A stretch of DNA of 64,000 nucleotides from Lytechinus pictus (Eukaryota): the NCBI RefSeq assembly GCF_037042905.1, contig NC_087245.1, positions 40,798,001 through 40,862,000 of the forward strand, in the 5' to 3' direction. Position 1 is the first letter of the stretch. Each line of letters opens with the position of its first letter. The position numbers and the translations under genes are program-made. Below the pieces are notes generated by a model, which saw only the letters and a list, made by a program, of their open reading frames with translations, made no database searches and was not told where the DNA came from. Positions 1 through 12,720 of this stretch are shown one piece after another.

Positions 1-442
1 CAAATCCATAAAATAAATTCCAAGTTACTTAACTTTGACACTGACTCAACCAACAAAATGGTTACATACAATTTCGAACACTTACTCTTTTCTAGAGGGA
101 CATAATGACTAAATATGTTGAGTTGATTACCAAAAAACATGACACAAACGGCAGACACGTTTAAGCGGCGTCTGACTCTACAACCTCCAAAGATGGTGTC
201 TGACACGTCAACGCTAAACCTATAGTAGCACGAACTTAATTTGAATAACAAAACATATTATGGTATCGCAAATATAAATCTAGAAAGCCAACTGTTGCAA
301 AAATGCTTCCAATTTTACTAAACAAAATATTTTTCTCTAAATTTGTTTCCAATAGCTATTATTCCACTGATATATTAGGTTCATTAGTTTTTGATAGGCG
401 TGCGTCATCATTCAGAAAATACTGTTCCAACATGAATTACAC

Positions 443-518
443 TGGAGTCTCCGCCGGGATTCGAACCCGGGGTCTCTGGCTGAGGTAGCCAGTGCCCTAA
501 CCACTGGGCCACAGAGAC
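443..518 (-). tRNA. 76-nt tRNA-like gene or tRNA-derived element with encoded CCA; nominal anticodon CCT (Arg) in a non-canonical loop
   Basis: GTCTCTG-TG-GCCC-AGTGGTTA-GGGC-A-CTGGC-TACCTCA-GCCAG-AGACC-CCGGG-TTCGAAT-CCCGG-CGGAGAC-T-CCA: all four stems pair, A and B boxes intact. Confidence 0.6.
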
Positions 519-1804
519 AAATTAACACACTGGGTTGTACCTTCATTGTCCTATGGTTAATCTTTGAAACTGCAAATACGAATGGAATTGTCTGCATCTT
601 TTTTTGTAAAAAGCTGCAACGTTCATATAACAATTCATGGTTTATCAAAACATTAGGATCGCAGACTGTATAACAGCTGAATTGGCAAATGTTTTATAAA
701 ACAGAGTAAAAAAATGCACACAACAGATCAACAAAATTATTAAGCAACATAACAAAAAAATCCAGAAACTACAAAAACAATGCAACAAAATGTTGTGAGC
801 CGAATTGCTGTATAAACTCCATTAATGTTAATAGACTCATGTATGTGTATATAAATCGATAATTGCTCACACACTTTTATGTTCTTTTTCCAGCGCCCTG
901 TGAATTATTGGCTGCAATTACTCAAGCATTTATTTTGCTTATATAGTTTGCCACTGCATTTGTTTTTCACTACTTTGTCTTATCCTTATTGTATTCATGT
1001 CTAAATTTTGTTATGACACTGTTATAAATCTGTCACATTGCAATGTACTTTAATGTCATACTACGATTATGTTTGTGAATTGTAAATTTATTTTGACTTT
1101 ACAATGAATGCAGAAACTCCTGCAAAAAAAATATCATGACTATGTAAATAAATTCGGCGTTTATTTCTCTAATATGGAAAAATACGTTTTGTATTCGAAT
1201 TCGATGCAGTGCTATAAACATTTAATACCGTACTTCTTCTTTCTATCTTCTGTCGTTAATTTAATTGACAATCAGTCATATTTGACGATTGTCGCCATTG
1301 CTTATCTGACCAATTAGTTTAGTTCTTTACATTTTTGGTTGTTCATTATTTATCTACGGAATCTTCAAAATACTGGATTGGGAAAATCAAACTGTCGAGA
1401 ACGGCACTACATGGATTAGGGTTAAGGCATGCACATATGATATCGGTAGCACACTCGATCAATACCAGATTAAACAAAATGAAGAGACATTATGTAATTC
1501 GTTGTTGTTGTTTCTGTCTATTATTATGTCAATCTACCTTTCTTTTGCATCGATCCTCTTTGACAAGCTGACACTGACAGGCCCAAAGAGGGCGCCATTG
1601 TCCGTATGTGTGTGGTGCAGGTGAAGTGCGTTTGCTTTTCGATCAAAACAGCCATTTCGAAGAAAAAAATGAAATATTTCGAAGAAAATAAAATGACAAA
1701 GAACCGTAATGTTATCCGGGTTGGATTCAGTAAAATTTCGAAATCTAAATAAAGTTGTTTGACAATTATTTTCTTGAGTACTTTTTTTTAATACTATTTT
1801 CTTG

Positions 1805-2004
1805 AAGAAGAAGAAGAAGAATTTGGATGGTGGAAGTGAAGGGGAAAATGAGAATACATTAGGGATGAAAAGAAGGAATATTAGGGGAGTTAAATAAAAA
1901 GAATATTGAAAGAATTAATGTAGAAAAAAACGAAAGTAAAGACATTGAGAGGAATTATTTGTCGAAGATAAAAATCATTGTCAAGATCTACAAGCACATG
2001 CGCA
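1805..2004 (-). repeat. ~200-bp dispersed repeat, inverted copy of 18346-18545, abutting (GAA)n
   Basis: gtaaagacattgagaggaattatttgtcgaagata...gtcaagatctacaagc matches the reverse complement of the 18.4-kb copy. Confidence 0.85.
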
Positions 2005-2547
2005 GGAGAAGGAGGAGGAGGAAAGAATTTTCTTATATTAAAGAAGCGTTATATAATGACATCGAAATTAATTAATTTTCCCCTGTTTGAAGAGGGTTCA
2101 AGGGTCTTCCATTTCCATAAGAGGGAAATGGTCCTCGACTAATGTATGAAAAAAAAATGGCAAAGAGCAAATCCTCTTTAGGCATTAGTAATCACCAACA
2201 TCTTTCCCTTTTCTCACGTTCCAATGTGTTTTTCGTGTAATCCGCTAATTCCGACACGGACTGAAAGTATGACAACATTCCCAACCCCCAACACATCAAA
2301 AATTCAATTCATCGCACCCGAAAGACTTGCTCCCCATTATTACGAGTTGAGTACCCTATTCTACCTTCCCTCCTACCACCCCTGTTAAGACGGATTTACT
2401 TCTTAGCGTGGGCCTAAAACTTTAAAAGTCGGTGGCTTTTGTGAATAAAGAAAGTCATGAAAAGGATCAACAATAACCTAACTGTTTTACTAATCGATAA
2501 AGGTTTATCCTAATTTTTGCTGAAAGTCCTGTGCAATAAAAAAGGAG

Positions 2548-2568
2548 AGAGTGTGTGTGGGTGTGTGT

Positions 2569-2602
<34 letters not shown>
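2548..2602. repeat. (GT)n(GA)n microsatellite
   Basis: Direct reading. Confidence 0.95.
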
Positions 2603-2603
<1 letters not shown>

Positions 2604-2959
2604 GGGGGTGATAAACCCTGGCACACTGTCCCAAACAACTCGTATCCGAGTCTGCTGGGTGTACTGTTTTGGTTTCGTGGTCTAGTAAATACGGCACTTG
2701 ACTGTGATTCGTACGGCTATTGGTTCGAAACCCGCTCCAACGCTCTATCTTCATGGGATGAAATCATGAAAGTTGCCCGATTTGCGTAATTTGCACCTGA
2801 CCAAAATTCTGCCCAGCATGAGCAAAGTTACTGTGCACGTCTAACGGCTAGTATTTCCAAAATGATGAAGTTACAAAACAAAAACAAAATAAAGCAAAAA
2901 CAAAACAAAACAAAGACATAATAATCACTAACACAATTGAGTCTTACTATTTTCGTTGC

Positions 2960-3170
2960 CATTATTACCATTTCCAATATCATTATTATCATTTTTATCA
3001 ATATTTTCATTTTTATCATTATTTTTGTTGTTATTATTATTATAATTGTTAATATTATTATCATTATTATTGTTATTATTATCATTATTATTATTATCAT
3101 CATCATCATCGTCGTCGTCATCATCATTATTATTATCATCATCATCATTTTCATCACCATCATCTTCGCC
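2960..3170. repeat. (ATT/ATC)n trinucleotide microsatellite
   Basis: Direct reading; explains the poly-I/poly-M ORFs. Confidence 0.95.
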
Positions 3171-4306
3171 ATTATAAATTAATATAATAATGGATTATAA
3201 TGGACATGTCAGTGAGACTTGGCTTGCAGACTTTAGAGCCAGTTCCTGCGAGAGAAAGAGAGAGAAGGATTGATAGAACAGGTCTTGAATACCAAACCAG
3301 CTCTAATTCCTTCTCGATGTCTCCGGTATCGTTCTTTTTCACAAAGCTCTTGTAAATATTTAACGATCTATCTTTGTCTGCTTGCTCCCCCTATAGAAAC
3401 AATGGCGACTCGGGGATAGCCTCTCCCATTTCGTTGTGTTAGCGCATCAAACAAAATGACAAGCATTACAAACGCAGAAATAAAGGCATAAATAAAACTG
3501 CATCGTCAGTCTATATACAGCCTTTTGATAGGAGGAGTGTCGTATTATATCCCATTCTTTCTTTGATTTTTCTTGGTCTTCTCTAAAGAGGCGCAGTCAC
3601 ATCGATATAACCGATAGCAAACCGACCGATAGTATGTCACTGAACATAATGCAATCGCTTTGATCGGTTTGGAGTCGGTTTCATTGGTGCGTCTACAGTC
3701 TAAAACTCTCACCAGAAGCTGAATTATTTATTGATTTGTTATCATCTTATAATCTCTTTTTCCTATTGATATTCTTGTATACTTGTATTCTAAAAATAAC
3801 TGTGTGGATCAGTCGTTCGACTGCTGCTGAGGAAAAAAACTTTCTTATTATCGAAGGTTAAAACCAATATACATTCGATATTTTTTTTTATATATCTTTA
3901 TGTTAATTATCATTGATGTTTCTTAATATAATAATAATGACAATGATTTGTATCTTAAATATTTGTTATAAATGTGTGAAAATGATTTGTATCAATATTT
4001 ATGTCATTTCTGTTGGAAATAAATCTGAATCTGAATATTTACACACGGTTAAAATATGAAATGCACATTGAAACCAAAATATTGACATTGTTGTCATTAT
4101 TGTAGCATAAAGTGAATATAATTCTTTGTTTGTTACACAATGTGCTGATGATTAACACTAAAAATGCAGCAGCACAATAGCAAATAACGGTATTCCTATT
4201 TTACATTTCAACTGGTTTTATACGATACATCATATAGTTTTCAATAATGGATTTAGGTTGGAAATTGGAAGGGAGTGATGCTTGATAAAAATTATCTTTT
4301 CATTCA

Positions 4307-5389
4307 CAGTCAGTAGGCAGGTCCCAAAAAAGTGGCTTCTTTCATCCAAGTGATATTCATGACTTGAGAAGTTTTGCATATTTAATGAGCTTGATGCGAA
4401 CCAAAACACCTCTTTTCATTCTGTCATTGCTGCTCTAATTGTGCATCGAATTTCATGATTCTGGTATCATTGTAAAGAAGAAGAATCATTCTTTCAGGTC
4501 ATGTGTTTGAATTCATTCAAAGATTTTGTAATATACGTTAAAATTGTGATCTAAAATATGCTACAAAATAATTATTTTCACCTGACAAAAACTGCTATTT
4601 TCACACTTTATTTTTGTTTGAGCCCAAATGATTTTTATATCATGATAAAGCTGAATATGTATGCTTTAAAATGGTATAGGTTTCAAAATAAGAATTGGTT
4701 TAATCGGGTCAAGATCACACTTTTCATTGTCCAAGTACATAAAGCAGCTTGAAAACAAGAATACTGCACTCTGATTGGTCAAAGGGACCACACACTGGCA
4801 AATTCCAACGGTTCCACTGCCTGGGCTCATGGGAAGGTCACACTTCCCATGTGGTAATCTCCTCAAACTACCCGCGCCTGTTGTTCTGTGAACCTTATCC
4901 AGCCAATCAGAACTCTGGATTTCATGCAAGTACAAAATTTCAGAAATCTCGTCTTGTACCTTGGTGGGAAAAGTGTGATCTTGACCCGATTAAAAGGTGC
5001 CGCATATCAAGAGTGGCATTGTGAGAAAGTACAGAAGTTCAGCTTTATGATGATATATATATCATTGAGGCTCAAAATAAAAAGTTTTGCACAATTTGCA
5101 GAAGAAAACAGAGGAAGAAAATTCATTTTTGAGGAACATTTTCAGGCCAGAAATTCACTTTTTCTCAAACTATTGTATACAAAATAAATGACCAATGTGA
5201 AAGAATAACATTTACTCTATCTGATGGTGCAATGATATTTCATTTAACTAGAGGTTAAAACAGGTAAATTATTAGAGAAAGAAAATCTCACGAATCACGA
5301 GATTTTGCAAGGAGGAGGATTCAGCCACGAGATGATTTGGATGAATCTGGCCTTTTTGCTCATTAGCATAGGGACCTGCGGTCTGACTG
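4307..5389. mobile_element. ~1.08-kb non-autonomous foldback-like DNA transposon with a 4-bp TSD (TTCA)
   Basis: Imperfect TIR cagtcagtaggcaggtccc / gggacctgcggtctgactg; ttca on both flanks; internal IR tttaatcgggtcaagatcacacttttc / gaaaagtgtgatcttgacccgattaaa. Confidence 0.75.
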
Positions 5390-8300
5390 TTCACGTACAA
5401 TATCCACTCTATATCCGACCCTCATATTTCATTATCAATTTGCTTATATATTATTTTTTTATCTTACTCACTCATTCCTCTGCATTGCATCCTTGTACCA
5501 TTTTTTAATTCTGTCAACACTAGTTTATTCATGAGTGTCGAAAGCTCCCACCATCTTTCGAAACCTTTTCCCAATCCACACATTCACTCCCCCTCCTCTC
5601 CCACTTTCGATAACATCTCCTCCTCACCCGCCCCGCCCCTCTCATCCATCCACTACTATACCCATCATCCACCGGAGGACAGATGCGATCAGGTGACCAT
5701 GTCACATGACACCATCTTCATGATCTTGAATGTCTGTATACGGTTTCCAGTTCATGTTTAATGAAATGCCAATAATCTCTTTGGCGGTCTCTCCACGTCC
5801 ACCCGGTGTGTGTGTTTCTGCACGCTATCATATCCAGTGTTTTCTTAGCAGCAGCGCCATGAACAACATTTTGGGGAGGGCAAGTGGGGGCCAGTCCGCG
5901 GATTTAAAGAGATAGTGGGTGGCAGTCTTCTCGGAGAGAGCTTAGGCAAGGCATTGATCTACATCTGCCACCCCACACCCAGGAGAGAAGTGAGAACCAG
6001 GCGGGGTGACGATATCCCTTATTTTGTCAATAACGTAAGGAGGTCTTTCGTCATCCGAAACCATTAGTCACTATCAGTTGGTCTTGCAGTAACCGTGACC
6101 ATTATAGTTATCAGTACTCCCCAGGGAGTGGATATGGTGCGCATTGTGAATGGCCATTCATGTTAACGCTCCGATCTGAGACATATTACGAATGACTGCA
6201 TTGACTATAATGAACAACACGATAAAATAAGAGTAAAACAAAATCAAGTCCTTTTCAATAATGTTTACATATTATTACATTTGACTCACATTATTATTTT
6301 GGAAGTTATTCAATTTTCATTTAGATTCATTTCAAATCAAATATTAAGGGTACTTAGAATCAATATTGATTATGTGTATTGACGGTACCTGACCCAATTT
6401 ATTTTGTTGAGCGAGTAATCATCTATTTAAAACTGCATATATTAGAGGTAGCAAACTTGCATACGAACAACCAATCAAATGCCTAATGTTACACCCTCGT
6501 ATCAAAATACAAATAAATTCGACGAATCGAATCCCTAATCAACATCGAGAAGGTTTTGATCCATATCCAAGCTGCCATTTAATCCTTCTTACTACTCCAA
6601 GCACGTCTATAGGCCTACCTCAGCGAGTGACACCCGACATACCTTCTTAAACAAAAATACAAGATTACACAAAAAACTACTCGGGAGAGGTATTCCGACA
6701 ATCCTAGCATGGATGATCCTAGCCTATGCAACCTCCATGCAAGCACCCCACTTGATCCTAGCGTGGTTTTTTAAGTGCCGACATGAAAGATCTCTGTTGG
6801 AAACACTACCCCTCTCCTGCTTATTTTACACCCTTTTTCCCCTTTGCTGAGAGGTACTTAAATTTCGCTAAAAAGTGCGCCTTGTTTTCCTTAACATATT
6901 ATACCCATTTTCTCTGAGTGGTTGCTATGGCAACACATGTTTTCTCTGAGAAGTTGCTACGGTAATGATTACAATGTTACTGGACGAGACTCGTGTGAAT
7001 AGATCATGTAGATTGGTGTCTGTTCATGTAAATTGAATAATTAGAAAGAGAGATATCTGAAAAAGCAATGTTTGTCTTAATAATAGCTTATCGCAAAACT
7101 TCTTATTAAGTAGTAAATTTCTTCATGCACTGAATAAGTCATAAAAGGGAACATCCTACTGTGAGATAAAAAAAATTGTTAGTTAGAGCATTTTTAATTT
7201 TGCATTGCCTCGTAAACGATAAAAAGATCGTGTCCATGTGTAAGTCCCTCTAGGAGAAGGGACAGTCCCCCAGGGCGGGAGGACATGTCTCCCACCCACC
7301 GAGATCGTCACCCATGGCTTATATTTGAATTTCTGATCCAAGAACTAAAATACAAAACATGATTTGACCCTGACATATATACCGTCATACAAGAGAATCC
7401 AGTTTCTTATTCACATCTAAGGGAAAAACGCAATTCAAATTTTATGCAATAAAACCATACATGTCACCATTTTAAACATTAAATCTAGAAAACATAAACG
7501 TTTGAATACACCCTATAACAAGGTCATCTTGATGTTTATCCTAAACTCAAAATAAAACTATCTAACCATAAAACTAAACCACTGTCTTACTTTGCCGCTT
7601 ATTCCTATTACTTTAAAAGCATAATTTAAACCAAAATCTCTGTTACGAAATACATTCTGGGCAGAGTTTGGGGTGGAAAATTTGCTTCTGGACAATTTTA
7701 TAGGAAGAATGCGTCAGGATTTACAGTTTGGTTTGTATACAAAGACCATTCGAAATTGTCATAACCCTTAGCATGTTCACGACAGTGCCAGCTATCGCTG
7801 TTTGTACCAAGTTTTCTTCGGTATATTATCCATAGTCAAGATAGCTGGAACTCGTTTTGAGATAGTATCCCCCTATCAATAAATTAAAATAGTATGATAA
7901 AGAAGTTGAAAGGGTTGCCAAGATAGAAGAGATCAAACAATCTATTGAAGAGAGAAAAAAATACAGAAAGAGTGAAATTAAACAAAAATGGGCGTGGCAT
8001 TTTAAGCCGTCGGTAGCGGCCCCTCCCCCCTCCATCAATGCGCACGCCAGCAGCGTCGCAAAACACCTGACTCGATCCGATTGTCGACTCCTTCTCCGCT
8101 TTCGTCCCCAGAGACGCCGGGCTAGAGACATTCTCATGTTCGCCTCGACGAATCATGTTTTATTTAGTGACGTACTTCTAACGGTCTCCCGGACCGTAAA
8201 ACTGCCACAGATTTGAAAAAAAGAGAGGGAAAATGGGAGAAAGGGTCGAAAACAATGAGATGAAAAGAAAGGGGAAAAAACAATTCTGTAAATTTGTAAT

Positions 8301-8807
8301 TTCGTAGCCTTAACGCCCAGATCAGAAACAAATTTATTTAGGGACCCCACGCGAACTCTTAAACACGCAATATATTCCGTTGACACATATTTCCAGGGTT
8401 TCTACCAATGAACTTGCCTCGTAAACATCCGATTATATTTCGAAATCTCAGATATTCTTTTTCTGCTGTAATCTACACATATGAATCTCCCAATCATATG
8501 TGCATCAAATTCGTTGATTCATAATAGGTTTATGATATTGAATACCAGAGTGGGGCGCTTGCTAAGTTATCAGTCAACCCCCCCCCCCCCAACACAACCA
8601 TTGTCTCTGCCAACTTTGAAATGCAATTTAGATGGCATGATGAACTTATGACATTGTATCACCCACTCTCTCGGTGAGATATAAAGAAAAAAAAAAGGCA
8701 ATTTTCACAATTGTACAAGCATACTTTAAGGTAATTATCTAACAGTTTAAACAAGTGTTTACAAATTTTAAACAACAGATAATTTTTCTAATCTAATGGT
8801 TGTATAT

Positions 8808-8993
8808 CACTCTAAAAACACTGAGTAAAATTTTACTCAATATTGGGTAAAAAGGGAACATGCATGTTTGTTGGGTATTTTTTTAACCCCATATCGGGCT
8901 ATTTCAACGCAACATTGCGTAAAATCTTTTTACCCAACCAACATGCATGTTCCCATTTCACCCAATATTGGGTAAACCTTTTTTTTTCGAGTG
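8808..8993. mobile_element. Palindromic MITE (CAC...GTG termini)
   Basis: caatattgggtaaa...gggaacatgcatgtt mirrored by aacatgcatgttccc...acccaatattg. Confidence 0.75.
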
Positions 8994-11900
8994 TAATTTT
9001 TTAAACAGTGTTTTTACTGTGTACAGTTCCATAACATGATTTATCATTATACCTTAAGAATAATATTGTAATGTTTTTTTCAAAGATTTTTTACGTATGA
9101 AATAGAAAATAATAGTTCTTATTTGGTATCCACACATACTGTAAGAATAAGTTTTTCCTTCCTCAAATTTTGATCTGAGATACTATACTAACATGTATGT
9201 TATATGGCTCTTTATTGATTAAGTCTATTTGTTCTCTTTTCGAAGTAATTCATAATTGCAAAAAAAATCACAACAGCATACAAAATGATATGACTAATAT
9301 ATCATCACTAATATTACCCGACACAGTTTTTTACAACAAGGGTCGTGTTTTTGTCAATTTTCTCTTTGTTCATTGATTAATCAGGTTTTCTTATCATTTG
9401 AACTAATCAAAGAAATTTACGTTAATAATCGATATTGTGACATCTATAGTGTCCCATGAAAAGATTAAAAATCATAATTTGATGATGAATGAATAATGAT
9501 GACTGTTTATTCAACTAAAGCTCAGGGAATGACCTATTAATCGTGATATACTATGATGAACATATTGCCCACCTACAGAGTATATCTACTAATGACAATT
9601 GGAGCACAATAATCCTTCTCTGATCAGTAGAATACATGCACATGATACAGATAGTATGGGCACGATTTCATCAAAGTGACTAGCTTGAAAGCAATGATAG
9701 TTACCATGGAAACATTGTTTCCAATTCGATGAATATCAAATGTTTTTTATACCATTTATATAGTGTTGTTACAGTTCGTTTTTACAGAAGAGTTTTAGGA
9801 ACTTGTTATACATGTATTAATGAACTCACAAAGAGATTCAAGGGCGACACCGTTTTTTTGTTTAATTGGAGGGGGGGGGGGGTAGCAAGACGCCCTAAAT
9901 ATAACGTCATATTTTTCTCAATTGAATTAAAGGAGTATTATAGAGTTACGAGACCCAGACTTCATTTCTTAATAGTTTAAAAATAAATGCCCCTATATCC
10001 CCCCCCCCCCCGTGACACCGCCAATGAAAATATTAATATATAATTTGAAAATACCCTTTCAAAAAGAAGAAAAAAACCGTTTTGTTTACACTTTCCTGAA
10101 AAGTAACATACATGCAATACTACATTTTGTATGCAATGTTTAGCTGCATTTATAACAAAGGTATCATGGGAAATGATCTAATGTTTATAGCAACCAAGAC
10201 AAAGGTATGTAATAGATCAAGATATATCAAATGAACTTTGGTAAAAGCAACATGATGAAAACATGTATTTACTTGATAAATGAAAATCTCATTCTTTGAA
10301 AAAAAAGATTATGAAGGGGATTTTTTCTGTCACTCTTGGCAAGAGTTAATCAATACCAATCCTGAATATATCGCATTATGTTGGTTTTTTTTTTCAAACA
10401 AAAAAGTAAACGAATGTTTCTGTTTTACAATGAATCGGTTCTCGGGAAGATATTCTTCACAAGACTATGATGACGACCTTCTCATCATCTTTTCAAACAG
10501 ACAACACGAATGGGTCAAAGTTAACAACAATCTAACACATACGGTGTTTCATTGTAAGGGACAAAGTAAAATTGAAAACGGATTTGAAACAGACTTGCCA
10601 AAAGTTACATAATCGCCCAACGTGTAATGAATAATATTTCTGGCTACTATTATTTTGACAACTTGGGAAAACGTCACATATTTTTTTCGTAGTTAGGTAA
10701 AAGCAACCTCAACTGGTTAAATCTAGCCCTTTTTTTTATTAAAATACAAAATGTGATTACAAACCAAGGGGTTTGAAATTGAGGGCACGCGGGCAACGTG
10801 TCCCCTTTGCGTGTTGATATTGTCTATGAGCGCCCCCCCCCTCCTCGCTTCATGGAGACACCCCCCCCTTTTATCGAGGGTTTCAAACTAAGATATTTGA
10901 TATTTTTTACATTTAGTATAATATAAGTGAAGTTTCATTCAGAGATTCATCGGTCCCCTGTTTTAGAAATCGAAATTATTTGCCACAATTTAAGATGTCG
11001 AACTATCACGGGCAGAACGAGTCTGTGCATGGGAACTCTATTCAAACTTGTTAATGACATCTCAAACAAAAAACAGATCGAACATTCTTTGTTCCGGGTA
11101 TATTGTTTAAAAACTATAATAGCCATTCTCATTTCATATCTCCGATTATAATGAAACACTTTGGGTGGTATATTCATGTTCAAGTGCATCACTAATTACT
11201 CTCGACCCATGCCACACGAAATGAATTGAAAATCTTGTTGACAGTTTATAAGCACAATATCGACAGTCTTTGTTCGTGGGTTTTTCATTGATGAAAAGTG
11301 AATTATAGTGAGTGCCATTTTACCACCTGCAAAGCTCTTGTTTATGTTCGAATCCATTCCAAAAAGAAATGTATCAAAATGAGAGATCAATACCCCCAAT
11401 AGCGTTGTTTACAAACTCACTCAAATTATAATCGATACTTGTGTTCTAGCGTTCGAATGTGTACTGAAAAATACATTGGGCCTTTCTGACCTCATTAATC
11501 TGAAGAAGAAAAGGAGCGAATTTACTTCAATGGTGTCTTTGAAAGACTTAAATTACATTATGAAATATAAAATTCACTCTGATGTATACCTATGATCAAA
11601 TGCTTTAATCAACGTTGATCGACACAAATAACAAATGTAATTCGGTTTAGCGCTCAAGTCATTTCCTATATCAAAATGCATTAGATTCCGTCCGTAATGA
11701 ATTATTAAAAGTTTTAATTATGAAATGCTCCTTTGTAGTCATGACTTGATAACTCAAATAACATTTAAAAAAATAAAAATAAACTCAAGACAAGTGGCAT
11801 ACTTGCAAATTCATTTAATTATGTCAGGAGGGGTGGGGGCACAAATAGATTTTTTAGAATGACTTTACATTTCTTAAGAATCACTTTATATATATATTAC

Positions 11901-12559
11901 CAGCGAATTGGAGGAATTGGGAAGAATGGCCAAGGGCAGCTAGCTACGAGGATACATTCGTTCAATCGGCAGTGTGTATACATATTTCCGTCTACCCCCC
12001 CCCCCACCCACCCCACCTCGTGAAAAAAAAAAACAGTGATCGATGATGCCGGTGCCGTTATCATCTAAGCTGATGGGGTATGCATTTGGTGAGATAATGC
12101 ATCGTTAAAAATTGTCCGATAGATATGGAGGGCACGATTAAGTGGCCCAATGAAGTGTGAAGATCGAACAAATAAAATCGAAATCGTTGATTGACCGCGT
12201 CCTAAGGGTTCATTAGTTCACCAACTTTCGAATGAAATTGTAAGAATGTTCTTCCAATAACACAATAACAGTTATAAAATACTTTCGAACGAAAATGCCA
12301 CTAATAATCACTTAATTTACGCTCTTCTAAATGACTTTGGGTGTACCTCCACCTTCACAGATCCAGTAATAGTGCAGTGGGTTACCATGGACCAGACCAG
12401 GGAAAAATATGAAAAAAAAGAAAGAAAAGGAAAGGAAAGGGTTAGATATTTGGACCAAATAGGTCCAACATTTCACTCGCTCTCTTCGCTCTCTCGCGTC
12501 ATGCCTGGCCCCTTCAAAACTGTTCAATCATTGAACCATTTTAGGTTTCATTCACTTCT

Positions 12560-12720
12560 TCATTCAAGGTATGAATATCGGGTACACATTTACCACACCC
12601 GGGTTGAGTGCAGCATAATGTGTGTGAAGTATAAATGAGGAAGAAAAATAACCTGGTTTGCGGGGTTCGAACTTATGCCCCTCTGATTGAAAGGCGAGAG
12701 CCAGAACCACAACACCACAT
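12560..12720 (-). mobile_element. Degenerate tRNA-derived SINE
   Basis: B-box (gttcgaacccc) and A-box-like head on the minus strand; core cccgggttgagtgcagca shared with copies at 31.1 kb and 34.9 kb. Confidence 0.6.

Noticed and set aside
480..486. TCA in the tRNA-like loop as a possible Sec/opal-suppressor anticodon
   Set aside because: TCA occupies positions 36-38, not 34-36, and the molecule lacks the long variable arm and extended acceptor stem of tRNA-Sec
2670..2745. tRNA-like A/B-box sequence
   Set aside because: Stems do not pair; a decayed SINE head, not a tRNA gene
2828..3182. Poly-Ile/poly-Met ORFs (also poly-Thr/Val at 43189-43516 and poly-Arg/Lys at 18590-18772)
   Set aside because: Trinucleotide microsatellites
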